In this document: in pieces, positions 9,228 through 17,965 of the stretch
How the letters are laid out: each line of letters starts with the position of its first letter
Position numbering within the stretch: position 1 is the stretch's first letter
Source: a virus
Direction: 5' to 3' (one strand)
IMG/VR virus record: IMGVR_UViG_3300018868_001080
Length of the DNA stretch: 64,000 nt
The notes under the pieces: generated by a model
Databases searched by the model: none
What the model was told of the DNA's origin: nothing
Seen by the model: only the letters and a program-made list of their open reading frames with translations
Position numbers and translations under genes: made by a program

Positions 9228-9988
9228 AATGATTTAAAATATTCAATAACCTTATCCAAGCCATCATATGGCTGACCAGGGTCTGTAACATCAATATTAT
9301 ATTTTTGTTTGAATCTATCCACACCATTTCTAAAATTCTTCATCCAATCACCTTTCCTTATGGTAGATTTATCATGATGGTAGTCTTGATCAACAATGTA
9401 TTGGTTGCTGTTCTCTAGGTCAATGAACCAACGGAACGGTGGGTGGTATCCATGCCTTATAGCATTCATGGTATGATCCACATGCTCCATGGCATTGACA
9501 TATTGCTCATCCATCAATCCTATTTGGTCAAAGACTGATTTGTGGTAATAACTGCATGCTCCATACACATTAAAATACAGAGCCACTCTTTGTCCTCGTA
9601 TTTCAAAGATTTTGCGGGGGATTGGCACATTGTTCTGTTTGTTATCTTGACCATGTAAGCAGTAGTTAAAATGCTTCACTCTGGTCTTTTTGCTTGCTGC
9701 AACATATGCAGCAAATGCATTGTCAAGAAAAACAACATCATCCTCCACAAGAAAAATGTGATCGCAACCTTTTGCCAAGAGAAATTCTATGGCTTTGTTC
9801 TTTGACTTGCCAACACCTAGATTCACTTCATTATTAATAATATGCATACCTGGTTGCATAATTTTATCAAATCCATCATTAACAACAACTAATTCATCAT
9901 ACCAATCTGGCTTGAGACTTTTGATGCATTCTCTAAGAAATGATGGCCGATCACAAGTGATAACACCTATCCCAGTTTTTTCTTTCAT
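9224..9988 (-). CDS. GT2-family glycosyltransferase
   Basis: VVVNDG, NLGVGKSKN, HIFLVEDD, IGLMDE. Confidence 0.85.
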   Translation of the reverse strand: MKEKTGIGVITCDRPSFLRECIKSLKPDWYDELVVVNDGFDKIMQPGMHIINNEVNLGVGKSKNKAIEFLLAKGCDHIFLVEDDVVFLDNAFAAYVAASKKTRVKHFNYCLHGQDNKQNNVPIPRKIFEIRGQRVALYFNVYGACSYYHKSVFDQIGLMDEQYVNAMEHVDHTMNAIRHGYHPPFRWFIDLENSNQYIVDQDYHHDKSTIRKGDWMKNFRNGVDRFKQKYNIDVTDPGQPYDGLDKVIEYFKSL

Positions 9989-9995
9989 CTCTTGT

Positions 9996-10023
9996 ATTGT
10001 ATATTAAATAATAGAGATGTCAA
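9996..10023 (-). promoter_or_regulatory. sigma70-like promoter TTGACA-N16-TACAAT for the GT operon
   Basis: Perfect -35 box; the -10 box ends 7 nt before ATG 9988. Confidence 0.75.
10005..10010 (+). promoter_or_regulatory. T4-type late promoter core TAAATA
   Basis: 6 nt before ATG 10017. Confidence 0.6.
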
Positions 10024-10742
10024 ACAATAGTAATTATGTCAACATATCAGATCTACCTGTAATACCCGAAATAGCACCTGGTGATTATTTTGTAGTTAAA
10101 ACACCACAAGGCCAGGCTCTCATAGATTATGCAGATCTGCCATTTACCACAGTTTCAGGCAACAACGTCACCATATTCGGATCACTCTCTTCAAATTCCC
10201 TTACTGTGAGTACATCCATTTCAGCAGCATCAGCATACATTACCCAAATATATGTTGATGGTGTTTCTGGTCTTAACACAACAGGCAACTATAACACATT
10301 TGACATACGCTCAGGTATCATTGTGGATGTAGGCAACACCACTTCAGATTACATCATCTCATTGAGTGCAACTACAGACACAAAATTGAATGCTGTTTCA
10401 GCTGCAGTGCCAAAAATCTTTACTGACAGTGGAATTATATATATTAATGCTTCTGTTTCAGCACCCTCATTCTCAGAGGTGTGCATTGGCAACAATAATG
10501 TGCCGCAGAATTTGTTCATTCAGCCAGATGACATAAACATTCAGTACCTGTTTAATACTGAATTGGATTCGTTTCTCTTGACCAATTATCTCTCATCCAT
10601 ACCCATGGTATATATTGAGGAGAATGTGAGTAACAGTTACACCAATAGTAACAGTAAAATTCAGTTCAGAGCCGTATTCAGACCGCCACTCAAGAGTAGT
10701 GCCAGGGTAGCATGGAACATAGCAAAAGTATATTCTAGCTGA
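10017..10742 (+). CDS. hypothetical Ser/Thr-rich, probably structural protein
   Basis: Late box; beta-rich, low-charge composition; paralogous to the next ORF. Confidence 0.5.
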   Translation: MSNNSNYVNISDLPVIPEIAPGDYFVVKTPQGQALIDYADLPFTTVSGNNVTIFGSLSSNSLTVSTSISAASAYITQIYVDGVSGLNTTGNYNTFDIRSGIIVDVGNTTSDYIISLSATTDTKLNAVSAAVPKIFTDSGIIYINASVSAPSFSEVCIGNNNVPQNLFIQPDDINIQYLFNTELDSFLLTNYLSSIPMVYIEENVSNSYTNSNSKIQFRAVFRPPLKSSARVAWNIAKVYSS

Positions 10743-11500
10743 TGGACACTGTAATCACATCGTTGCTGTCATCAGATTTATTTCTTATTGAAACGCCTAG
10801 CGGCACAGGCACAATAGATGCATCTCAAGTTAATTATGTTTCAACACAATTTCAAAAAATTTATTCCCTCATCGGTACATACTCACTCAATGTGCGGGAA
10901 GCTACAGCCAACACTTTAACTGTGCAGAGAATTAAGCCTTTTACTACTAACGTTGCTACAGTCACAGGCAACTTCAACACCTTTGTGTACAATTCCGGGT
11001 TAATTGTATCTGCATACAACACAACAAGCTCAGAAGTTAACTCCATAAGCTCCACCATAACCAGAGAGATAAGCGCGCTGTCTGCATCCGTGTACAATGT
11101 ATTCTTTGAATCAGGTACTGCCAGAATCCCTCAATACATACATCAATACAATGTTAATCAGTCCACACAAATAACTTTAACAGGTGCAAAGACTGTACCG
11201 GCTGGTGTTGTCATTGCTGCACAAAACATAAGGTTCAAAGTTTTGTTTGATGGTTTCACTGACATTGGCGATAACACTTTTGTGACATACAACACAGCTT
11301 TTCCGTTTGTATATTTGAAAGATTTTGATTATACCATGTCTAACGGTTTTGACAAAAAGAATGATGATAATGGTAATGATTATGTGGACCCAGCCACACG
11401 ACAAGTTGTATTGCCAATAATAATTGCAAATATGCCTGCTGCAGGCGACCCCGCAAGTGGTGGTGTGCTGTTCACCTGGAAAGTCCAGAAATTTTACTAA
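10742..11500 (+). CDS. hypothetical structural protein, paralogue of the upstream ORF
   Basis: TGNFNTFVYNSGLIVSAYNTTS versus TGNYNTFDIRSGIIVDVGNTTS; TGATG overlap. Confidence 0.5.
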   Translation: MDTVITSLLSSDLFLIETPSGTGTIDASQVNYVSTQFQKIYSLIGTYSLNVREATANTLTVQRIKPFTTNVATVTGNFNTFVYNSGLIVSAYNTTSSEVNSISSTITREISALSASVYNVFFESGTARIPQYIHQYNVNQSTQITLTGAKTVPAGVVIAAQNIRFKVLFDGFTDIGDNTFVTYNTAFPFVYLKDFDYTMSNGFDKKNDDNGNDYVDPATRQVVLPIIIANMPAAGDPASGGVLFTWKVQKFY

Positions 11501-11715
11501 TTGTTTTTGGAGTGAAAGTGCAGAGCTTTGGATATTTTATCCAAGATTACTTTGGGGCTGTGCCCTTCGCCCATGAGTCTGTTAAATTCTAGTTTGAATG
11601 CTTTAATAAATTCACTGGATAGCTGCAGATTGCGTGGATAAAATAACCGTCTCTTGAAGGTGATGGAACCGTAGCCCTCAAACAGGGCAGCAAATTTCTT
11701 GTTGAAACGGCTCAC
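11497..11715 (-). CDS. small late protein with capsid-targeting-like N-terminus
   Basis: TAAATA 5 nt before GTG; begins MSRFNKKFAALFE. Confidence 0.55.
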   Translation of the reverse strand: MSRFNKKFAALFEGYGSITFKRRLFYPRNLQLSSEFIKAFKLEFNRLMGEGHSPKVILDKISKALHFHSKNN

Positions 11716-11723
11716 ACATATAT

Positions 11724-12470
11724 TTATCTTTTGGGTATGATAAGATTGCTGTAAAAGGATTTTTCATGCTTCTCTTTTTCAGATATCTGTTTCTGTGTGT
11801 TAATCAACTCCTCCATTTGCGAGGATGCTTGTATATCACTGATTACACTCTGATCTTCACCAATTAGATCGCCGTTCACATTGAGGTAATACCTCACCAA
11901 TTGTATTCTTTCCTCAGGCTTGCCAAAAATTTCCACTATGCCAGGTGAATCATCCTTGGGAAAAAACACAGACACACCTGTTTTTTGAATTTGTTGCACA
12001 ATGGTTTTGAATATGTTGTCTATTTCTTTGATGTAGACTTCATCTATCTCGCGCTTGTCATCTTGCACAACGGGCACAGGTGCTACACGTGTTATAGGTG
12101 TGAAGAATATGATGTCCAGATAGCGCATAGACTCACGCACCAACGGTATGCACTTGTCAATGAATTTGTCATCAAATTTATCGGGAGTCTTGCTGTTGCC
12201 CCAAAGAGAGTATATGATGTTATCCAAGGGACAACGGTCAAATATGATTTTGCTTCCCCTTTCACAATTTTTCTGCATGTCATCAATCATGCAGTTTAGT
12301 ATCTTCCACTGCAGATCTGGTGTGGATTCCTTGCTATGGGGTGCCTTCTCTTGCTTCAATATTTTTCTGTAACTTGAATCAATCTGTTTGTAGGATGGCC
12401 ATTCCTTTATGAAATCATTTATGAAGGTTGTTTTGCCTTGACAAGCGGATCCAGATACAGCAATTCTCAT
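11724..12470 (-). CDS. P-loop kinase (nucleotide kinase/AAA_28-like)
   Basis: MRIAVSGSACQGKTT and IIFDRCPLD; start placed at ATG 12470, 5 nt after a promoter. Confidence 0.7.
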   Translation of the reverse strand: MRIAVSGSACQGKTTFINDFIKEWPSYKQIDSSYRKILKQEKAPHSKESTPDLQWKILNCMIDDMQKNCERGSKIIFDRCPLDNIIYSLWGNSKTPDKFDDKFIDKCIPLVRESMRYLDIIFFTPITRVAPVPVVQDDKREIDEVYIKEIDNIFKTIVQQIQKTGVSVFFPKDDSPGIVEIFGKPEERIQLVRYYLNVNGDLIGEDQSVISDIQASSQMEELINTQKQISEKEKHEKSFYSNLIIPKR

Positions 12471-12475
12471 AACAT

Positions 12476-12503
12476 ATTTTACAGTTAATTTCAATATTTG
12501 CAA
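12476..12503 (-). promoter_or_regulatory. sigma70-like promoter TTGCAA-N16-TAAAAT
   Basis: 5 nt before ATG 12470. Confidence 0.6.
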
Positions 12504-12524
12504 GCCTGCTTAAATAACATTATT

Positions 12525-13973
12525 ATGTGCGGTTTTCTAGTAACAAACAAGCCAGTGTCAGATGCAGAATTGGACCATGCAAATTTTTATATCAAATTCA
12601 GGGGGCCTGATCATACCGAGAAAACAAAAATAGAAAATATTAGCTTCATACACAACCTGCTCAGTCTCACAGGAGAATTTAGACCCCAGCCAATTTTTAA
12701 AGATAATATAGCTGTGGTCTATAACGGTGAAATTTATAATTTTAAGGAATTAGATAAAGATGCAAAATCAGACGGTGATGTAATTATTCCACTGTACAAA
12801 GAATATGGTGCCAATTTTCTTGATAAACTTGATGGTGAGTTCTCCATAGTGCTTATTGATTTTAATACAAACAAAGCAATATTAGCTGTTGACACCTTTG
12901 AAACAAAACCTCTGTATGTTGCACACAAGGGCCCATACTTTGGTGCTGCATCTCTGAGAAGCGGTTTAGTAAGGCTGGGATTCAAACATATAAGAGAATT
13001 GAGATGCAATACAGGTATAATATATAATATAAAGTCACTAGCAGTTGAGGACATATTTGAAATACATAAGTTTGATGTTGAAAATGAGCACAAGAAAACC
13101 TTTGATGATTGGCATAATGCCTTTGAAGCAGCAGTTTTGAAGCGGCTAAAATATGTGGATCTTAAGAAAACTGGAGTTGGTCTGCACTTAAGTGAGGGTC
13201 ATGACAGTGGCTCTATTGCAGCGTGCCTTAAAAAATACAACCTTTCGGATGATATCTTAATACATTCTTTCATAACACAGGATATGCATCCTGAAGTCTT
13301 GAGGTGGAGACATGGGCTTGATCAGGATACTTTGCCAAAGAATGGCAGTGGAGAAATTTTTAAATCTCCAAATTTTAAACGATCCATACTTGATAGTATA
13401 AGAGAGGAGGATTTTGTTTTGAGCAATATTTTATATAAGAAAAGAGTTGAGGATTTTGATTATTTTACAATGACACCCGAAGCAAAGCTGGAAGTAAGAA
13501 ATTCCTACTATCATTTCACAAGAAATATGTACCATCTTATATACAGAGCTAGATTGAAACATAGTTGCAGAATAGGGCTGGGTGGTTATGGTGGTGATGG
13601 TGTGTCAAGTGCGTGGGTAAATAAAATTTATAAGAAATATGGAAGCATATGGCCTATTATTAATTTCAGGGATAACTCGATGTATCTATCAGATATAATA
13701 GCAGGTTCTCTGGGAGTTGAAGTAAGAAACCCTTACATGGATAAAGCATTATGGCAGGAGTCTTTCTGGATGGATAAATCTGTCTATAGAAATGAAAACA
13801 ATAATCATAAACCACCATTGCATGACTATCTTGAGAAAGAGAAATTTCCATTTTATAAGAGAGATAAAAACAACGATATAGAGTTCTTCTGGATTGGATT
13901 CGGTAATTTTCTGAACTTTAACTCAGTACATAAAGACCCTATTTATGTACCGCAACCTGATATTACACTTTAA
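12525..13973 (+). CDS. asparagine synthetase B-like amidotransferase
   Basis: Ntn N-terminus MCG, RGPD, YNGEIYN, LSEGHDS (PP-loop), GYGGD, EVRNPY; TAAATA at 12511-12516. Confidence 0.8.
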   Translation: MCGFLVTNKPVSDAELDHANFYIKFRGPDHTEKTKIENISFIHNLLSLTGEFRPQPIFKDNIAVVYNGEIYNFKELDKDAKSDGDVIIPLYKEYGANFLDKLDGEFSIVLIDFNTNKAILAVDTFETKPLYVAHKGPYFGAASLRSGLVRLGFKHIRELRCNTGIIYNIKSLAVEDIFEIHKFDVENEHKKTFDDWHNAFEAAVLKRLKYVDLKKTGVGLHLSEGHDSGSIAACLKKYNLSDDILIHSFITQDMHPEVLRWRHGLDQDTLPKNGSGEIFKSPNFKRSILDSIREEDFVLSNILYKKRVEDFDYFTMTPEAKLEVRNSYYHFTRNMYHLIYRARLKHSCRIGLGGYGGDGVSSAWVNKIYKKYGSIWPIINFRDNSMYLSDIIAGSLGVEVRNPYMDKALWQESFWMDKSVYRNENNNHKPPLHDYLEKEKFPFYKRDKNNDIEFFWIGFGNFLNFNSVHKDPIYVPQPDITL

Positions 13974-14715
13974 GTGCTTTGTCCCAAATTACAAGCTGCA
14001 GACGCGGGCTAAAATTGAACATGTGCTTCTTGCAAAGATCGGCTACCATGGCCGCCTTTTCTGCTAATTCTGCCCTGCTGCCACAACAAGGCATCAACCA
14101 TACACGATTCTTTGGCACATTAACGTCAGGGTTGTTTATATACTTCTCCAGGATTTCCTGCACATCAGATTCACCGCTAACAACAAACTTGAACCCTGAC
14201 CCATTCTCTGCATGCCACTTTAAAACAGCGGGCTTGTATCTCTTTTCAACAGCATCCCCATTATTAGACAGTTTTGGTGATGTTGTGAACGTTGCCCTAT
14301 ATTCTGTTAGCCAGGCTTCATCCGGCAGAATGGTTGCATTGGTTTCAAAATCAATAACCGGCGTGTATCCAAATCGGTCTGCATACGAGCGCACTAATTT
14401 GAGCAATTGCTTCTGTTGAATGAGTGGTTCACCGCCAGTGATCTTCCATATGGCACCCTCGCGCAACTTGCACTCATATCCCTCTTGCAACAACAGATCC
14501 AATATGCTGTCCAAAGTCAACTTGTTCTTTACAGACCAGCTCACAAAGCTGTCACAACCATGTGGTGCAGCTGCAGAAGCAAATCCTTTGCATGTGAGGT
14601 TGCACATAGAAAGGCGCATGAACACAGAAGGCATGCCGGCATATTCACCTTCACCTTCAATGGTGTAAAAAATCTTATCATCACTAAGAAATAGTGTATC
14701 AATTGCATCAGTCAT
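13963..14715 (-). CDS. queE: 7-carboxy-7-deazaguanine synthase (radical SAM)
   Basis: FYTIEGEG, FMRLSMCNLTC...CDS, ITGGEPL, ETN, SPKL, FSPRLQ. Confidence 0.88.
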   Translation of the reverse strand: MTDAIDTLFLSDDKIFYTIEGEGEYAGMPSVFMRLSMCNLTCKGFASAAAPHGCDSFVSWSVKNKLTLDSILDLLLQEGYECKLREGAIWKITGGEPLIQQKQLLKLVRSYADRFGYTPVIDFETNATILPDEAWLTEYRATFTTSPKLSNNGDAVEKRYKPAVLKWHAENGSGFKFVVSGESDVQEILEKYINNPDVNVPKNRVWLMPCCGSRAELAEKAAMVADLCKKHMFNFSPRLQLVIWDKALKV

Positions 14716-14721
14716 ATGTTT

Positions 14722-14749
14722 ATAATAAATTATATTTCTTTGTTTTCAA
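14722..14749 (-). promoter_or_regulatory. sigma70-like promoter TTGAAA-N16-TATTAT
   Basis: 6 nt before the queE ATG. Confidence 0.6.
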
Positions 14750-14818
14750 CTGGTTTCCTTGTTCAATATTATAATATATATGCCTCAAAAGAATGTTGCA
14801 CAGAATAAATAATTACAG

Positions 14819-15562
14819 ATGTCGAAAAAAGACAAGCTGCGTAAAAGAGCTGTAAGACAAGCCAAGGATGAAAACGGTATCATCAAGAATGACATTTTTC
14901 TCAACTTTAAAATTGATCAAAAATTTCACCTAAATGATCATCACAAAGCCTTTGTAGAGAAAGCCATGGCAGACACCTCACAGATTATATTCTGTGATGG
15001 TCCTGCAGGTTCTTCCAAAACATATCTGGCAGTTTATGTGGCTTTGTCCATGTTGCGAGACAAAAAAATAGAGGAAATAGTATACATCCGCAGCATTGTG
15101 GAGTCTGCCACAAGAAAATTAGGCAGCTTGCCTGGTGAAGTGGATGAAAAGTTCAAACCATGGAGCATACCATTAGTGGAGAAATGTGATGAACTTGTGG
15201 GTAAACAAATAACAGAAATGCTTTTTGAAAGCGATTACTTGAAGAGTATTCCAGTAAATTTCTTGCGTGGTTCAACATTTGCAAACAATGTTGTGATAGT
15301 GGATGAAGCGCAAAACTTGGAGCACAGTGAATTGGTCACTATTTTAACCCGGTTTGGCAAAAACTGCAAGCTGTTTGTCATTGGTGATTCCTTGCAATCA
15401 GACATACAGAAATCCGGCTTTGAGAAGATAATGCATGCATTTAATACAGAACAAAGTCATGAGAATGGCATCAGTGCGTTCCATTTCACAGAAGATGACA
15501 TCACACGCAGCAAGCTGCTCAAATTTATTGTGAAGGTTATTGCCAGTATCAAGATGAAGTGA
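14819..15562 (+). CDS. phoH: PhoH-like ATPase
   Basis: GPAGSSKT, LGSLPG, FLRGSTF, VDEAQN, LTRFG, GDSLQSD; TAAATA at 14806-14811. Confidence 0.93.
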   Translation: MSKKDKLRKRAVRQAKDENGIIKNDIFLNFKIDQKFHLNDHHKAFVEKAMADTSQIIFCDGPAGSSKTYLAVYVALSMLRDKKIEEIVYIRSIVESATRKLGSLPGEVDEKFKPWSIPLVEKCDELVGKQITEMLFESDYLKSIPVNFLRGSTFANNVVIVDEAQNLEHSELVTILTRFGKNCKLFVIGDSLQSDIQKSGFEKIMHAFNTEQSHENGISAFHFTEDDITRSKLLKFIVKVIASIKMK

Positions 15563-15761
15563 TTTGAGACAATCTCTCTAATTCTTCAAGCGCTCTGCGA
15601 ATATTCTGTTGTGCCTCTGCACTGTACCCGGATGTAGCATCATGATGTGAATCTGCATCTGTTGCAGTCACCTCTTTGTCACCATTGATTATGGTGTTCA
15701 TTCTGCTCAACACATCTGTCTTGAGCTTTTGCAATTGCGGGTCTTTGTCGCGATGCACCAT
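15549..15761 (-). CDS. hypothetical protein
   Basis: 70-aa ORF abutting the queD stop. Confidence 0.5.
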   Translation of the reverse strand: MVHRDKDPQLQKLKTDVLSRMNTIINGDKEVTATDADSHHDATSGYSAEAQQNIRRALEELERLSQITSS

Positions 15762-16400
15762 TCAAGTGCCCCAAGAGGTTCCTGCATAAGGATTGCTTAT
15801 GCCGCGTGTCACTTTGTTGGTGAGCGGTGCACCAGACTCAATGTTCAGACCTGCATTCACTGCAGTTACATTCTGTAGTGCAGGTGGTATGGTAGTTGTA
15901 ACAGTTACTGCAGCTGCATTGCCTGAAGCTATACTGGTAGCGGTATGTGCAGTTTGTGTGGCTGTGGCAATTGCAATTGCAGAATTCTTCTCATGTTCCC
16001 ACACTTCCACCTGTTTAACCCAGCAACGACCATTGGTAAGATGTCTCACATGTCGATCAGCTGTCTCCAAGCACCATTCTGCAGTACGCTCGATGCCTAC
16101 TCCATTTTCCATGATGCGTGGTAATGCTGCACCTGCATGACCCAATGCAATGAATGTATCAAGTAGAGGATCATCACCTGCAATGCATAATGTATGATCA
16201 AATTGATGTTCTAATGCTTGCTTCAATTCCTTGAGACCACCAAAATCTACAACCCAATTTCTTGCATCTAAGTGTTCACACTCAAACCAAAATTTTGCCA
16301 CCAATCGGTAACCATGCACATATTTGCAATGACTGTCTGCTCTCCATTGTCTGAATGCGCAACTTCCCAGCTCTATAATCTTTGTACTTTCATGTTTCAT
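15762..16400 (-). CDS. queD: 6-carboxy-5,6,7,8-tetrahydropterin synthase with low-complexity C-terminal extension
   Basis: HCKYVHGY, WVVDFGGLK, FDH, VEVWEHEKNSA. Confidence 0.88.
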   Translation of the reverse strand: MKHESTKIIELGSCAFRQWRADSHCKYVHGYRLVAKFWFECEHLDARNWVVDFGGLKELKQALEHQFDHTLCIAGDDPLLDTFIALGHAGAALPRIMENGVGIERTAEWCLETADRHVRHLTNGRCWVKQVEVWEHEKNSAIAIATATQTAHTATSIASGNAAAVTVTTTIPPALQNVTAVNAGLNIESGAPLTNKVTRGISNPYAGTSWGT

Positions 16401-16406
16401 ATTTGA

Positions 16407-16496
16407 ATTATAACTGTGTTTGTTCGTTAATCAACTGTATACATACCAACTCTTTATATTACTGTATTATTATAACCAAATTAATTTAGAAATCAA
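16407..16496 (-). promoter_or_regulatory. two tandem promoters TTGATT-N16-TATAAT upstream of queD
   Basis: Copies at 16407-16434 and 16469-16496, each including the 12-mer aatcaactgtat (+ strand). Confidence 0.7.
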
Positions 16497-16544
16497 CTGT
16501 ATTTGTTTGGAATTTATGCAATATAATGTTGCAACATGCACTTA

Positions 16545-17513
16545 TTAACTCTTGAGAGATCGGAGTGCGGTTATGGCTTGCTGATCATTAGGATTTTTTC
16601 TAATTCTTTGTATGAGTTCTTCTGCACGGCCTACATTCTGTTGCACTGGTGCTGTATCAGTGGCCACTGGATCTGCTGCACCAGTAATACCACCGCGACG
16701 GGCAGTACCAGCTATCTGTCGTTGCAACTGCTGCGGTGCACCACCTGCAGCAGACTTGAGCGCTTGACCCAATGCACGCGGTGCATTCACAATGCGTGAA
16801 TATGCACCAATGCCTTTGGTGAGCGCATTTACTGGTGCAGCTGCAATTTTACTGATCATATCTGGTCCCCGGGGTTGTGCAGGTTGTGGTGCAAGTGCAG
16901 CTGCAGCTGCAGCTTGTGCAGACACTTGATTGCGATAATTCTGATTGACAGTTCGTCCTGGTGCGCGCTGCTGCTGTGGTTGCTTTGGTTTGATTGTTGC
17001 TTTGGGTGCACTATTAGATGGTGCTGCAGGTGCGACAGGAGGAGCTGGAGGTGGTGGTATTTTTCCGCCCCCGGCAGTAGCTACAGGTGCTTTTACTGCA
17101 GGTGCAGGTGCTACTGCTGGTGCTGGAGCTACAGGTGGTACAGGTGCTACTGCAGGTGCAGGTGCTACAGGTACCGGGACAACTGCTGGCGCCCTTGATG
17201 CAGGCTTTACAGGTGCATTGGGCACTGTCTTGTACTTGCTGATAATATCCTGATACCTGCTCTCAAACTCTGACATCTTCTTTTTTGCAGCTGACTTCTC
17301 TCCCTGTGGTGCACTTGGGTCATTTGCAATCCTATTCATTACATCATACTGCTTGGCTATTTTTGCAGCATCAACAGGCTTTTTGCTTGCAGGTGCAGGC
17401 ACTGTCGTTGCTGCAGCTTGACTGGGCTGCGGCAATGATGGTCGAGGTGGTGGTAGCTGAGGTACACCCTGCTCTTCAATTAAACTGTGGAAGAAATTAT
17501 TAAACTTGCTCAT
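16545..17513 (-). CDS. Pro/Ala/Gln-rich low-complexity protein with capsid-targeting-like N-terminus
   Basis: Begins MSKFNNFFHSLIEE; APAPAV repeats. Confidence 0.6.
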   Translation of the reverse strand: MSKFNNFFHSLIEEQGVPQLPPPRPSLPQPSQAAATTVPAPASKKPVDAAKIAKQYDVMNRIANDPSAPQGEKSAAKKKMSEFESRYQDIISKYKTVPNAPVKPASRAPAVVPVPVAPAPAVAPVPPVAPAPAVAPAPAVKAPVATAGGGKIPPPPAPPVAPAAPSNSAPKATIKPKQPQQQRAPGRTVNQNYRNQVSAQAAAAAALAPQPAQPRGPDMISKIAAAPVNALTKGIGAYSRIVNAPRALGQALKSAAGGAPQQLQRQIAGTARRGGITGAADPVATDTAPVQQNVGRAEELIQRIRKNPNDQQAITALRSLKS

Positions 17514-17913
17514 TGCTTAGAATATACTCCTTGTACAAATCTTTTATATGCACATCATTCAAGCCATTGTCCTTGAGTATGGCTTCAATTGCCACAATGT
17601 CAGCCAAATTGACAATCATTTCACCTGCAGGTGCACCCAGTTTTTGCAGAATAAAAGCTTTTAATCCTTGTAAATTATTGTGTGTAGGTGCTGCCACCAT
17701 GGAAGCAGGCAGATCCACCATGGGGTTCATGTCTTGTGCAGGTTGCATCACTACAATGGAAACTGAGCCACCACACTCATGCAGCACATAACCCTCATAG
17801 CCTGCATATGCTTTGAATGCATCATGCTCTTTGTTGAGAGGATCAAACTTTATGCGTATTCTTTTCAAATTCTGCGCTTTGGCAGTACTCTCAATTAGTT
17901 GATCAAATTTCAT
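17500..17913 (-). CDS. hypothetical late protein
   Basis: TAAATA 9 nt upstream; begins MKFDQLIES. Confidence 0.6.
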   Translation of the reverse strand: MKFDQLIESTAKAQNLKRIRIKFDPLNKEHDAFKAYAGYEGYVLHECGGSVSIVVMQPAQDMNPMVDLPASMVAAPTHNNLQGLKAFILQKLGAPAGEMIVNLADIVAIEAILKDNGLNDVHIKDLYKEYILSNEQV

Positions 17914-17931
17914 TGACTATAATATTTATTA

Positions 17932-17959
17932 TTGAATATCACAAACTTTAAGTTATATT
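17932..17959 (+). promoter_or_regulatory. sigma70-like promoter TTGAAT-N16-TATATT
   Basis: 6 nt before the folE ATG. Confidence 0.6.
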
Positions 17960-17965
17960 ATTAAT

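Noticed and set aside
1-9988. Host capsule/O-antigen locus adjoining a prophage
   Set aside because: Same promoter architecture as the phage core, interlocked with a late promoter; no integrase, att site or export genes seen
16875-17253. Cys/Arg- and Gly/Ala-rich plus-strand ORFs
   Set aside because: Antisense to the Pro/Ala-rich gene; no promoter or motif support
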